A stretch of DNA of 64,000 nt from assembly GCA_964603585.1 (NCBI GenBank), contig CAZRVK010000007.1, positions 45,128 to 109,127 on the forward strand, written 5' to 3'. The DNA is from an uncultured Planctomycetales bacterium (GTDB lineage Bacteria; Omnitrophota; Gorgyraeia; Gygaellales; Profunditerraquicolaceae). This document shows positions 30,019 through 38,917 of this stretch, piece by piece; within the stretch, counting starts at the first letter, position 1; every line of letters begins with the position of its first letter. Both the position numbers and the translations under genes were made by a program. Below the pieces are notes generated by a model. That model was not told the DNA's origin. It saw nothing but the letters and a program-made list of their open reading frames with translations, and did not search any database.

Positions 30019-30191
30019 TAGCCCCTCTGTTTAAACCACTTCCAAAAATCTTCCTTAGTCGCCAAAAGTCTTTTACCGTGCTTTATCAAAGGACAACCAC
30101 TTCTTTCTTTCCATTTTTCACTATGGATAGTATTTGGTGCAATATGTAATATCTTTGCAACATCTTCAACTGTCAGAATTTCATTTTCCAT
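30018..30191 (-). CDS. excisionase-family HTH DNA-binding protein
   Basis: MENEILTVEDVAKILHIAPNTIH...: HTH_17/excisionase-like; start chosen at MENEIL. Confidence 0.5.
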   Translation of the reverse strand: MENEILTVEDVAKILHIAPNTIHSEKWKERSGCPLIKHGKRLLATKEDFWKWFKQRG

Positions 30192-30723
30192 GATTAACCT
30201 CCTTATTATGCCTAAGCCAATACCCACTCTTTCGCCTTTCTTTTCCATCCTTACTGCCAATAGGTCTACCTAACTTCTTGCCTTGTCGCTTTGCACGCTC
30301 CAATCCAGCCTTAGTGCGTTCGACTATTCTTTTACGCTCCTGTTGCGCTACCCAAGAAAATATGGCAAGTAATAATTGCCCCAATCCATCATCTCTGGTA
30401 TCTAACCACGATTCTTGGAGCGATTTCAATGCTACCCCATTTCGTTTAAGCCGCTCAAGATAACCTAGAGTGTTAGAAATCCCCTCTCTCGAAAGTCTAT
30501 CAAGCGCCCAAACAAGCACTAAATCAAACTTCCTTTGATCGGCATCGTCAAACATCTTCAGAAAATTTATCCTATCTCCGCTACCTCCGGAAGCCAAATC
30601 AACATATACTTCAACAATTTCTCCCCCTAACGCCTTTGCATATTCTCTAAGAGGTTGTAGTTGATTTTTAGGATCCTGGCTTTCATCATTCTTGCTTACC
30701 CGAGCATAAATTGCTATTCTCAC
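30181..30723 (-). CDS. serine recombinase (resolvase/invertase family)
   Basis: N-terminal catalytic domain IYARVS (Ser nucleophile) ...LDRLSR...; C-terminal HTH. Confidence 0.85.
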   Translation of the reverse strand: MRIAIYARVSKNDESQDPKNQLQPLREYAKALGGEIVEVYVDLASGGSGDRINFLKMFDDADQRKFDLVLVWALDRLSREGISNTLGYLERLKRNGVALKSLQESWLDTRDDGLGQLLLAIFSWVAQQERKRIVERTKAGLERAKRQGKKLGRPIGSKDGKERRKSGYWLRHNKEVNHGK

Positions 30724-30762
30724 TTCTCTCCTCCTCTCTATTTTAATCGCGAACCTTTGAAT

Positions 30763-30875
30763 ATGTGAATTTATTCACCTTTTACCTTAAGTATATCTAC
30801 ATCCGTGAATTTGTCAAGAATTATTTGTGAATTTATTCACCTTGACTTTATTCACGTTATAATTTATACTGATTT
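30763..30875. promoter_or_regulatory. divergent regulatory region with iterated GTGAATTTATTCAC operators and TTGACT-16-TATACT promoter
   Basis: Palindrome GTGAATTTATTCAC at 30765-30778 and 30827-30840, half-sites at 30805 and 30851; -35 30843-30848, -10 30865-30870, ATG at 30880 (near-leaderless). Confidence 0.6.
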
Positions 30876-30879
30876 CATT

Positions 30880-31440
30880 ATGAAAAACTTGCACGAAACA
30901 TTAGGGAGTTTAATCCGAAGGCGGCGTAAAGAATTAAAAATGACTGCTGAGGAATTAGCTATTAAAGTTCAAGTAGATCGAACTTATTTATCTAAAATGG
31001 AAAGGCACAATTTTATTCCTTCACTAGAAGTTCTTATGAGATTAAATGCGGTTTTGGATTTAAATACTTTCATTATAAATGATCCGGCAATAAGAAACAA
31101 AATAAAGTTTCCGCTCACCCCTGAGGTTTTTGAGAAAGTTTATTTTGAACATACTAAATCTCAAAACGAAGTGGCAGGTCTATTCTGGGAACAAATTGTT
31201 GCTAAAAAAGAGACTTCTGATAAATTATTTATATTAGATATACTGTCTACACTATGCGGGCCTGAACAGCTTAAGAATAAATCTTACCTCAAAGCTAGGG
31301 AGAAAGACTTTCTTAACTACATTAGAAATTGGCGAAAAGCTTACGCTGAGTTTATTAAGAAATACCAAGAAGCCGAAATACAACTTATCCTCAAAGACGG
31401 CATTCTAAAATACCCCCTCCCCTACTCAAACAACAAATAA
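30880..31440 (+). CDS. XRE-family HTH transcriptional regulator (repressor-like)
   Basis: N-terminal HTH_XRE (LIRRRRKELKMTAEELAIKVQVDRTYLSKMERHN); start moved to ATG 30880 downstream of promoter. Confidence 0.7.
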   Translation: MKNLHETLGSLIRRRRKELKMTAEELAIKVQVDRTYLSKMERHNFIPSLEVLMRLNAVLDLNTFIINDPAIRNKIKFPLTPEVFEKVYFEHTKSQNEVAGLFWEQIVAKKETSDKLFILDILSTLCGPEQLKNKSYLKAREKDFLNYIRNWRKAYAEFIKKYQEAEIQLILKDGILKYPLPYSNNK

Positions 31441-31448
31441 TCGCGCGC

Positions 31449-31991
31449 TTATTTAATGGACTCTGGTATGCGGACGGTACTTAAAATCTGATGACGTATC
31501 TGTTTTTCTGCTTCCTCAAGATAAATCATCGCTCCTTTTTCTGTAAAACTGTAAGTTTTTTTGCATTTTGGGCAGTACAGCTCATGATAAACTCCGGGAG
31601 CTCCAACAGCTTGCTGCAAATGAAGAGAAGTTTTATGAACTGGGCACAAAAAGTAAATATGCGGATCAACAGGATTATTTTGACGATCCTTCCAATATGT
31701 TATTTCGCATCGCCATTGCAGTCTCTGGAATTTACCATGCATTACCCTGGGCTGTTTTGGTTTTAATTGGAAGAAAAGTAAAATAATAAGGCTAATTGCT
31801 AAAATGAGTAAGGTCAGTAGTAGTAGAATAATCTTTAAGTAAAAATTAATGGGCAACTTTTGCAATGGTGGAAGAAAGAGTGGAAGGAGTTCTGACCAAA
31901 TACCAAGAAGAAGAAAACTAAAGAAAGATAATATTGCGGTTACTAGAACAGGCACAATATTATCTTGTATGGATTTTAGGATGTTTGTCAT
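31449..31991 (-). CDS. hypothetical membrane protein with C-terminal zinc ribbon
   Basis: 2 TM helices then CPVH...CPKC Zn-ribbon; island cargo. Confidence 0.35.
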   Translation of the reverse strand: MTNILKSIQDNIVPVLVTAILSFFSFLLLGIWSELLPLFLPPLQKLPINFYLKIILLLLTLLILAISLIILLFFQLKPKQPRVMHGKFQRLQWRCEITYWKDRQNNPVDPHIYFLCPVHKTSLHLQQAVGAPGVYHELYCPKCKKTYSFTEKGAMIYLEEAEKQIRHQILSTVRIPESIK

Positions 31992-32239
31992 TAATCTTAT
32001 TTAATCACCAATAATGTAGGAAATCAATAAAAATGTATTTTGCATAACACTTCTTAAAATAATTCGTAGAAACTGTATGTGAGAGGAGGATTTCTTTAAG
32101 GCTAAATAAATAATAACTCAAGGAAAATACGGTCGTTTATTTAAAATATAATTTTATACTTAATAATAGACTAAAATTGGTGGGGAGGGTTATTTGCTTC
32201 CTTCTGATCAACTAAGCATTAACAGGTTTTATTATTAAC

Positions 32240-33082
32240 TTACCCATCAAAATATAACATAACTCTTCTGGTAAGACTTTCTACTTCACTATCCGGTAAA
32301 TGAACTTGATCACAGATCTCATTCATAGCAGCAAAATGTTTTCTGAAAAATAATTCCGTGGTAGAATCATTTGCTAAATACAAGGAACCATTTGGTTTTT
32401 TCTGATAGTTACAAAGAGAAAAGCCTATAAACATAAGCCCCGTATGTAATTTTGATAAAAAGAAGAACCAATAAGGAAACCGATTATCGAGAAGAGATAC
32501 CCAATGTCTCACTTCTTTAATCTCGCAGAGCTCTCTATAGTCATTCTCATAACCGGATATTCCAATATCTACGCGTTCAAAATACTTTCTCGCAATACTA
32601 GGTTTAAGTAATAAATCTAAACTATTTAATATCCCCCTGGTAGACTGCTTTTCCACATCTTCTCTTGAAGAAATAAGAGTTAAAAAATCTATTCCTACAT
32701 TATCTTCAGCTAAAGTAATATCTTCTCCGGAAAACTTAAAAGTATCTGCAATAAGTTTATCTCTTTCTATTTCTCTTAAGATTTTACCCATTAGAACGTT
32801 GGTTCTATACAATCTAATGACTAATGGATGTATATCTTGCAAGAAATCTGGTCTTAGATCTTGAGGTAATGAAGTATTTGTAAGAATAACCATCAAGACT
32901 TTCAAATCTTCATAATATGCCTTATCCTGATCTCCATCTTTTATTTTCATAAATCCAGTTCTCTTCTTATTTTCTATTTTGATTCTTTGGGCTTCCTTAC
33001 AAACCAAATCCATAGCTTCCAACTGGTTACTAAATCTGGCACTTGTACAAAAATCTTTAAGATTATTGGTTTTCGCAATCAT
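32240..33082 (-). CDS. hypothetical protein (island cargo)
   Basis: 280 aa, no recognisable motif; C-terminal hydrophobic segment. Confidence 0.3.
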   Translation of the reverse strand: MIAKTNNLKDFCTSARFSNQLEAMDLVCKEAQRIKIENKKRTGFMKIKDGDQDKAYYEDLKVLMVILTNTSLPQDLRPDFLQDIHPLVIRLYRTNVLMGKILREIERDKLIADTFKFSGEDITLAEDNVGIDFLTLISSREDVEKQSTRGILNSLDLLLKPSIARKYFERVDIGISGYENDYRELCEIKEVRHWVSLLDNRFPYWFFFLSKLHTGLMFIGFSLCNYQKKPNGSLYLANDSTTELFFRKHFAAMNEICDQVHLPDSEVESLTRRVMLYFDG

Positions 33083-33098
33083 AACATATACTTAAAAC

Positions 33099-33407
33099 TT
33101 AGTTAACAGTTTTGGACTTCTTTTTAAATAACCAACAATAATACGCAAAAACGATTACTCCTCCCAAAAACGGGTAGAAAGCGCTTTTCTCTAAGTCTAT
33201 AGCTCCATGAGCAAACCAATCTGAAAAAGATGCTAGAATTATATAAAATATAGTTGCAATAATAATAGAGATAAACCTCTGTTTATTACTCTGTTTTTTG
33301 GTAACAAAACAAAGGATTGAGTTTGTAAGCGCAGCAAAAGCAAATGCGACTATACCACATCCTGTTACAAAACCAAAAAAACTAATAATCGGATAATTAT
33401 TGTCCAC
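33099..33407 (-). CDS. small 3-TM membrane protein (island cargo)
   Basis: 102 aa, three hydrophobic helices. Confidence 0.3.
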   Translation of the reverse strand: MDNNYPIISFFGFVTGCGIVAFAFAALTNSILCFVTKKQSNKQRFISIIIATIFYIILASFSDWFAHGAIDLEKSAFYPFLGGVIVFAYYCWLFKKKSKTVN

Positions 33408-33612
33408 TTTATTCCCTCTCTTCCATTTTGCCCCTATAAAACAAAAGGGGGCGCATATTCATTACCGGCAACCGTTAAGTAAAACCGATAAGACTGCATT
33501 TCCCCCTCCCCTTTCGGGGAGCGGTGCAGCTTACCTTACTTAACGGTTAGAGGCCTTAAATCCTCTTTAAGGTATAGCTATAACCAAATTGTCTAAATCT
33601 TGTTACTAAATA

Positions 33613-34356
33613 TTACACCGACTTTCGTAATTCATTAAGTTTCACCCATTCACCTGGGGCTCGTTCATAAGTCCAAGACTGCCATCCATTCATAGGTCCC
33701 TTAACTATGGCTTGTGCGGCAAGAGAAGGCGAAGTAAATATTTTACCCTGTAATCGACTAGCCTCCGCACTATCACGCGCAAATGCTATAGAGCCATCAT
33801 TTCTAACGTGGGCAACATAAAGTTTGCTCTTATACCTCATTTTTATATGGAATCTATTAGTCACAAAAGGTGCCAACGTAGACTTCTTACCATCAGATTT
33901 TATTATCTTTTTATCATGAAGTCTAGAATTACATTTCTTATCTACTCCACAAAATAACTCCTCCAGCTCAATACTCAATGCCTTAGATATATCTCGCCTA
34001 AATACTCTACGTAAATCATCGGCCTTTCCAAATTTACCTTTTTGTAAATTTCCTTTTGGTTTAACAATACGCAACACCAAAGCCTCTAACTCCCGCAGGT
34101 GTTGATCTCCAATCGTAAGATATATGCTAAAACTATCCCAGGTTGAAGCATGACGATCTTTCAGATGATGTCGTAAACGAGATCGTAAATTTGAAGCCAA
34201 TCCCACATAATATAGTTTATTTCTACGATAAAGCGAATAGACACCATACCTACCTTTGACATACTTGCGAATTATATTCTGGTATTTCTCTAAAGCCGTT
34301 CTCGAAATATTTTCTAAATACTGACACACTAAATTACCGGCCTTATTCTTATTCAT
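33613..34356 (-). CDS. GIY-YIG nuclease-domain protein (type I R-M associated)
   Basis: LYYVGLASNLRSRLRHH matches GIY-YIG (YYVG..N...R...H); located immediately 3' of hsdS. Confidence 0.55.
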   Translation of the reverse strand: MNKNKAGNLVCQYLENISRTALEKYQNIIRKYVKGRYGVYSLYRRNKLYYVGLASNLRSRLRHHLKDRHASTWDSFSIYLTIGDQHLRELEALVLRIVKPKGNLQKGKFGKADDLRRVFRRDISKALSIELEELFCGVDKKCNSRLHDKKIIKSDGKKSTLAPFVTNRFHIKMRYKSKLYVAHVRNDGSIAFARDSAEASRLQGKIFTSPSLAAQAIVKGPMNGWQSWTYERAPGEWVKLNELRKSV

Positions 34357-34374
34357 ACTATCTCTCTTCCTTTT

Positions 34375-35790
34375 CTATTTCTCCAAAATAACATTTAATT
34401 TCTTCAATTCCGCTTCAATCCAACTTTGAGCGTCTTCTTCACTCTTCTCAATCGCCATTTCAACACCGCGCGTGGCAATATCAAGAAGTCCTTTTGACAA
34501 TGCTTTTGCGTTATACATCTCTGTAATTTTCTTTTTAATATCGCTCTGAATCCCTGCTGGTAAATCCGGCAGGACGATTCGTTTAAATTCGTCGTCACCG
34601 ATAGCGGTCAAGATAGTGCCGGAGCAACCCTTTTTAAGCTGTAACTGTCCAGCCGGCGACTTGAGCAAAACAAGCAATGTTTCCGAATTTATCTTTTCAG
34701 AATGAACGACAAAAAAACCTGTAGAACATAAAGCATTATCCAAATCATCATTTATCAAAGCAACACTTGAAAGAGCCCCTTCAATAGTCGAAACAATGAC
34801 ATCTCCGGCATTAACCTTACGTCTCGCCCGAGTAGGTAATTCTTTGCCTTGTGCTTCGATAAATCCGTTAATGTTTCCATTCGCCGAGATATTAGCAAGC
34901 TCGATATAGCGGTAAGTTACTTCATCCTTTGGCTGGAAGTTCTTGTCTTTTACCCTGACAATTTCATCCAATGGTTTATAACCTTTTTTGTATTGCTTGA
35001 TGTGACCCAGAACCTCATCATATTTAGGCTGAAAGTATTCCGCATCGATACGTTCGCTCGTCTGCGTTTCGGAGAAATTCTTGACGAAAGAAAGGCGATG
35101 CATCGGCTTCCAGTTTAAAAGGCCGAGCTCAGAAAGAAGGGCTTGCTCGGCTTCCCTATAAATATTGACAGATTTCTCTTTTAACAACTCTGCCTGTAAA
35201 ACAATTTTGTGTGTTACCGCTTTTATTTTTTCGCCCAGCAATACAACTTTAATATTCTTGATGTCTTCCAATTCGAGCTTACCTTGCCCGGAAAGCATAA
35301 TAATTCGCTTGATTTGCCCATTACCATATTTTGAAAGTAAATATGCAAGCAGAAAACCCGGCGTAGTTATGTCTTTTTTCAGCTTAACACCCGTTACGTT
35401 CTGACTAAAATTATATCGTGTGTATTTTTCTGGAAGCATAGCTACATCACCGATATAAGCCCCAATTTTTGTAAAAACAATATCGCCCGGCGTTAATTCT
35501 GTTTTTCGATTAAGGACTTGTGTTTTTTCATCGAGAAAAACAGTAGAAGAGAAATCTATTTGCGGATCTTTAATTTCGGAGGTACGGATTAGCGGTATAC
35601 CCTGCTCTCTATAGAAATCAGGAGATAAATCAAAAATTCCTTTTTTAATAAAAAGGCTGTATGTCAAAAATGCTTCCGTTTGATGCGAATTTAACGTCTT
35701 CTCCAACTGCAGAAAATCTGGCGAATAAAATTCAGCATCTATCCTTAAATTTCCGTGTAACCTTGATTTATTAATGATCGAATATTGCAT
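34375..35790 (-). CDS. hsdS: Type I restriction-modification specificity subunit HsdS
   Basis: 471 aa, two target-recognition domains separated and followed by conserved coiled-coil repeats; immediately downstream of and overlapping the MTase gene. Confidence 0.7.
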   Translation of the reverse strand: MQYSIINKSRLHGNLRIDAEFYSPDFLQLEKTLNSHQTEAFLTYSLFIKKGIFDLSPDFYREQGIPLIRTSEIKDPQIDFSSTVFLDEKTQVLNRKTELTPGDIVFTKIGAYIGDVAMLPEKYTRYNFSQNVTGVKLKKDITTPGFLLAYLLSKYGNGQIKRIIMLSGQGKLELEDIKNIKVVLLGEKIKAVTHKIVLQAELLKEKSVNIYREAEQALLSELGLLNWKPMHRLSFVKNFSETQTSERIDAEYFQPKYDEVLGHIKQYKKGYKPLDEIVRVKDKNFQPKDEVTYRYIELANISANGNINGFIEAQGKELPTRARRKVNAGDVIVSTIEGALSSVALINDDLDNALCSTGFFVVHSEKINSETLLVLLKSPAGQLQLKKGCSGTILTAIGDDEFKRIVLPDLPAGIQSDIKKKITEMYNAKALSKGLLDIATRGVEMAIEKSEEDAQSWIEAELKKLNVILEK

Positions 35791-35792
35791 AG

Positions 35793-37844
35793 TTATTTCC
35801 AGAAACTTAATTTCTCTTTTTGCGCCCAGTCAATAAACGCCTCAGCAATGCCATCGGGAAGCTCGCCTTTATGATTGTGCAAGTCATGATCAACGATTAA
35901 ATGGCCGTATTTATCCAACTTAGGCTTACCGTCGCCATTCTTAACGTAAACGTAATCTCCAGAATTATCCTTGCCCGACTTTTCGGAAACGCCAAAGAAT
36001 ATCGAGTAGTCGTCTTTTTTAGGACAGCTCTTGTCATCGCATTTTTGCAGGAATAAAACACTGGTCTTTGTACCGGTGTGAGGCTTAAAAGTATTGCAAT
36101 GCAAACCCACAACCGCCAAGATACGAGCCTTACCAGCGATAAATTCACGGATGTCTTTATCCGATGTGTTATTAAACCTGCCTTGAGGTAAAACTATGGC
36201 TAATCGTCCGCCGGGCTTGAGAAAGTCAAGATTGCGTTCAATAAAAAGAATATCTCGCCCAACTTTTGGTTTAGGTTTTTTCTTTTCATTAAAACCGAGA
36301 TCATATTTATGAATGATATTTGACTCTTTAATATCTCCAGCAAAGGGCGGATTGGCCATTAGAATATCAAAGAGAAATTCCTTGTTTGAATTACGATCTG
36401 CCCTAAGTGCTTCAAGACGTCTAAAACCACTGCTGTAGGTATCTCTCCAGTCAGGATTGTTTACTTTCTCATTCCAGCGATCGTAATCAAGCGTGTTGAG
36501 ATGCAAAACATTTGTTTCACCGTCACCGGCGATTAAGTTTAGCGTGCGGGCAACACGAACAACTTTTTCGTCAAAATCTATTCCGAATACTTTTAGCACA
36601 TCGTCTTTTTCATCCGCTGAAACCTCGGTGTTTTCAAAGAGATGCCCAGTAAGCTGAAAGATAGTATGCACGGTGAATCCGCATGACCCCGAGGCAGTGT
36701 CAATCATGTATTCGCCTCGTTTAGGATTAAGCATCTTGACGCACATATCAATCACATGCCGAGGCGTGAAATATTGACCTTTCTCACCTTTAGAGGACTT
36801 GCTAACCAAATATTCAAAGGCTTCGTCAATAACTTGCAAATTGGAATTAAAGAGTTTTACATCCTGAAGGCTGGAAACACAGATCGATAAATGCGAAGGC
36901 GATAAATCAATCTTGCTCTGCTCTGGAAATACTCCGGGCCACTTTTTCTTGGCTTCATCAAACAACCTCTGAATCTTTCCCTTTAACTGTGCGTCGGTCT
37001 GGCCGGTATTTCTAAACTCTAAAATACGAAAGTCACTGTCATCAATGTCTTTTAAGACTGCTTTTAGTTTCTCAAAGTCACCAATTTCGTCCACTTTCAA
37101 TTTTCTCTTAACCGTTCGGTCAATAATAACTTTATCATCTTTACTTTTTGTCTCGTCGTATAACTTCGTAAAGATGAGCTTAAATACTTCCTCGAATACA
37201 TCCACGCCCGCATTGGCGAGGACTTCATCTTCCATGTCCTCAATCTTGGTCTTCAAAGTTATTCTATCGTTTAAGAGAGCATCTTTGACAATCAAATCCC
37301 TCCACGTAAAACGTTCTTTCAAAATATCTTCAAGTGTCTGATCTGCTTTCGGGATATCAGTAATATCCTCAAAGAAATTCGGGTCTTTGCGGTTATAGTG
37401 GGAAATCTGTCCACCATTTGACCAAACGCCAATCGGAGCCCCGGTCGCATTACAATATGACTTAAGCTGTTCCTTGCCGTCTTTGAGTCTTGGCTTTTTA
37501 ACCTCAACGATAATATATTCAACCATCGGTCTATCTTTATCAAAAACAATTATGTCGGCGGATTTTGTTTCCCGGCCAAATTGAACAGGGTGCTCAAAGC
37601 GTATCCGTTTTTTTGGATAGCCGTAATCATTAATGAGCTTTACGGCATAAAGCTGACGAACGACTTCTTCCGGCTTTAGCTGGACTTCTTTTTCCCGAAT
37701 GACACAGTCAACGTGAGGCTTGCCTTTCTGAATCTTGATTCTTGACTCAAGGGCATTGATGTCTTTTGCCGCAAATAGAGAAAGGTTATAACTCGAATCT
37801 CTAAGAATAGAGGCGAGCGTTATTTTATCTTTACCGTTTGCCAT
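35793..37844 (-). CDS. hsdM: N6-adenine DNA methyltransferase HsdM fused to an N-terminal HsdR_N-like PD-(D/E)xK nuclease domain
   Basis: C-terminal MTase motifs (NPPF at LMANPPFAGD, SAM-binding DTASGSCGF); N-terminal ~230 aa with D...EVK core (ADIIVFDKDRPMVEYIIVEVKKP) typical of HsdR N-terminal nuclease domain. Confidence 0.75.
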   Translation of the reverse strand: MANGKDKITLASILRDSSYNLSLFAAKDINALESRIKIQKGKPHVDCVIREKEVQLKPEEVVRQLYAVKLINDYGYPKKRIRFEHPVQFGRETKSADIIVFDKDRPMVEYIIVEVKKPRLKDGKEQLKSYCNATGAPIGVWSNGGQISHYNRKDPNFFEDITDIPKADQTLEDILKERFTWRDLIVKDALLNDRITLKTKIEDMEDEVLANAGVDVFEEVFKLIFTKLYDETKSKDDKVIIDRTVKRKLKVDEIGDFEKLKAVLKDIDDSDFRILEFRNTGQTDAQLKGKIQRLFDEAKKKWPGVFPEQSKIDLSPSHLSICVSSLQDVKLFNSNLQVIDEAFEYLVSKSSKGEKGQYFTPRHVIDMCVKMLNPKRGEYMIDTASGSCGFTVHTIFQLTGHLFENTEVSADEKDDVLKVFGIDFDEKVVRVARTLNLIAGDGETNVLHLNTLDYDRWNEKVNNPDWRDTYSSGFRRLEALRADRNSNKEFLFDILMANPPFAGDIKESNIIHKYDLGFNEKKKPKPKVGRDILFIERNLDFLKPGGRLAIVLPQGRFNNTSDKDIREFIAGKARILAVVGLHCNTFKPHTGTKTSVLFLQKCDDKSCPKKDDYSIFFGVSEKSGKDNSGDYVYVKNGDGKPKLDKYGHLIVDHDLHNHKGELPDGIAEAFIDWAQKEKLSFWK

Positions 37845-37916
37845 GTTTAATTTTCTCCTTCAAAAATTTCTCAATATAATACTACTGGATTTTGTCAGAT
37901 TTACACCTTTAACCAG

Positions 37917-38087
37917 TTATATTTTATCTCTCTTCGGCTTATAAAGCAACTGCTTTAAGTCTTTTGCAGAAAACTCATCCGCAGATTCCAAGCCACACTC
38001 ATATCTCAGAAATTGATACAGCCTAATTATTGCCTTAGTCTCTTCAATAAGCTTCCTATGCCTTATATTCCATAGCCAGGGGAACAT
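37917..38087 (-). CDS. small conserved protein (paralog of 51041-51202)
   Basis: KLIEETKAIIRLYQFLRYECGLESADEFSAKDLKQLL ~60% identical to the phage-region copy; start set at MFPWLW. Confidence 0.4.
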   Translation of the reverse strand: MFPWLWNIRHRKLIEETKAIIRLYQFLRYECGLESADEFSAKDLKQLLYKPKRDKI

Positions 38088-38129
38088 ATTACCACCTCCT
38101 GATATAATAGACGCAAGAAGTAGCAAAAT

Positions 38130-38867
38130 CTAACAAATTTTCTTCATCTTTTCCCTTTTTCCTTCAATCCATTTCAATAAGTCATTTTCTTTCATCTTGT
38201 ACCGGTTACCTACCTTGAAAAATGGCAGTTCTCCAAGAAGCATCTTTTCTCTAACAGAGCCATAGCTTGCCCCTAGATACTTAGCCGCTTCTCCCAAGCT
38301 TAAAACTTTATCTTTTGTAGTAATACTTGTAAACTTTCCAGAAAGTTCATTCTTAAGCTCTTTAAATATATTTTCAGTCTTTTTCACTGCTTCTTTATGG
38401 TAATAAAAATATTCTTTCATCTCTTTCACGGCTTCATGCAGAGAACGGTGCAAAGAAACAATAGCATGTTCCTTAAAGAATCTATCAAGCCTATCGATAT
38501 CTCTTTTCAACTGCCTTATCTCCCTAAAGAATGTTTCCTTATCTATAACATTTCTGGGTTCCTCTACTAGCTTATTAGATATATCACCAAGCTTCTTTTG
38601 CAATGTCTTCTTTACCCTTAATCTTTCTTTTAAGCCTTCTATCTCTCTACCGACTTTTTCAACCTTCAAATTAACAAGATTAGGGTCGTAATTGATATCC
38701 TTATTTAGTTTTTCAATCTCTTCGCATATCTTCATACTATCCTGTATATCTTCAAGCAATTCTTGGAATCTTTCAGCCTCTTTTATTGCACGAAAACCTC
38801 TTTTGTTTCTAATTCCATTCTGTATCCAATGGACATAAGCTTTTCCATCATCACCCAAAGAAATCAT
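38130..38867 (-). CDS. coiled-coil protein with C-terminal excisionase/MerR-type HTH
   Basis: Long heptad-rich middle; C-terminal LSLGEAAKYLGASYGSVREKMLLGELPFFKVGNRYKM HTH_17-like. Confidence 0.45.
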   Translation of the reverse strand: MISLGDDGKAYVHWIQNGIRNKRGFRAIKEAERFQELLEDIQDSMKICEEIEKLNKDINYDPNLVNLKVEKVGREIEGLKERLRVKKTLQKKLGDISNKLVEEPRNVIDKETFFREIRQLKRDIDRLDRFFKEHAIVSLHRSLHEAVKEMKEYFYYHKEAVKKTENIFKELKNELSGKFTSITTKDKVLSLGEAAKYLGASYGSVREKMLLGELPFFKVGNRYKMKENDLLKWIEGKREKMKKIC

Positions 38868-38917
38868 TTAATCTTCTCCTTATGCGAATGCAAAAAAACA
38901 ACTAAAGGTGAATTAAT

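Noticed and set aside
30805-30879. N-terminal 25-codon extension of the XRE regulator ORF (start at 30805)
   Set aside because: The extension spans the -35/-10 promoter and operator repeats; ATG 30880 downstream of the TATACT box is the credible start.
30181-35790. Serine invertase driving phase-variable hsdS (shufflon)
   Set aside because: The recombinase is 4 kb from hsdS, separated by unrelated genes. No second silent hsdS fragment or flanking inverted repeats were seen around 34375-35790.
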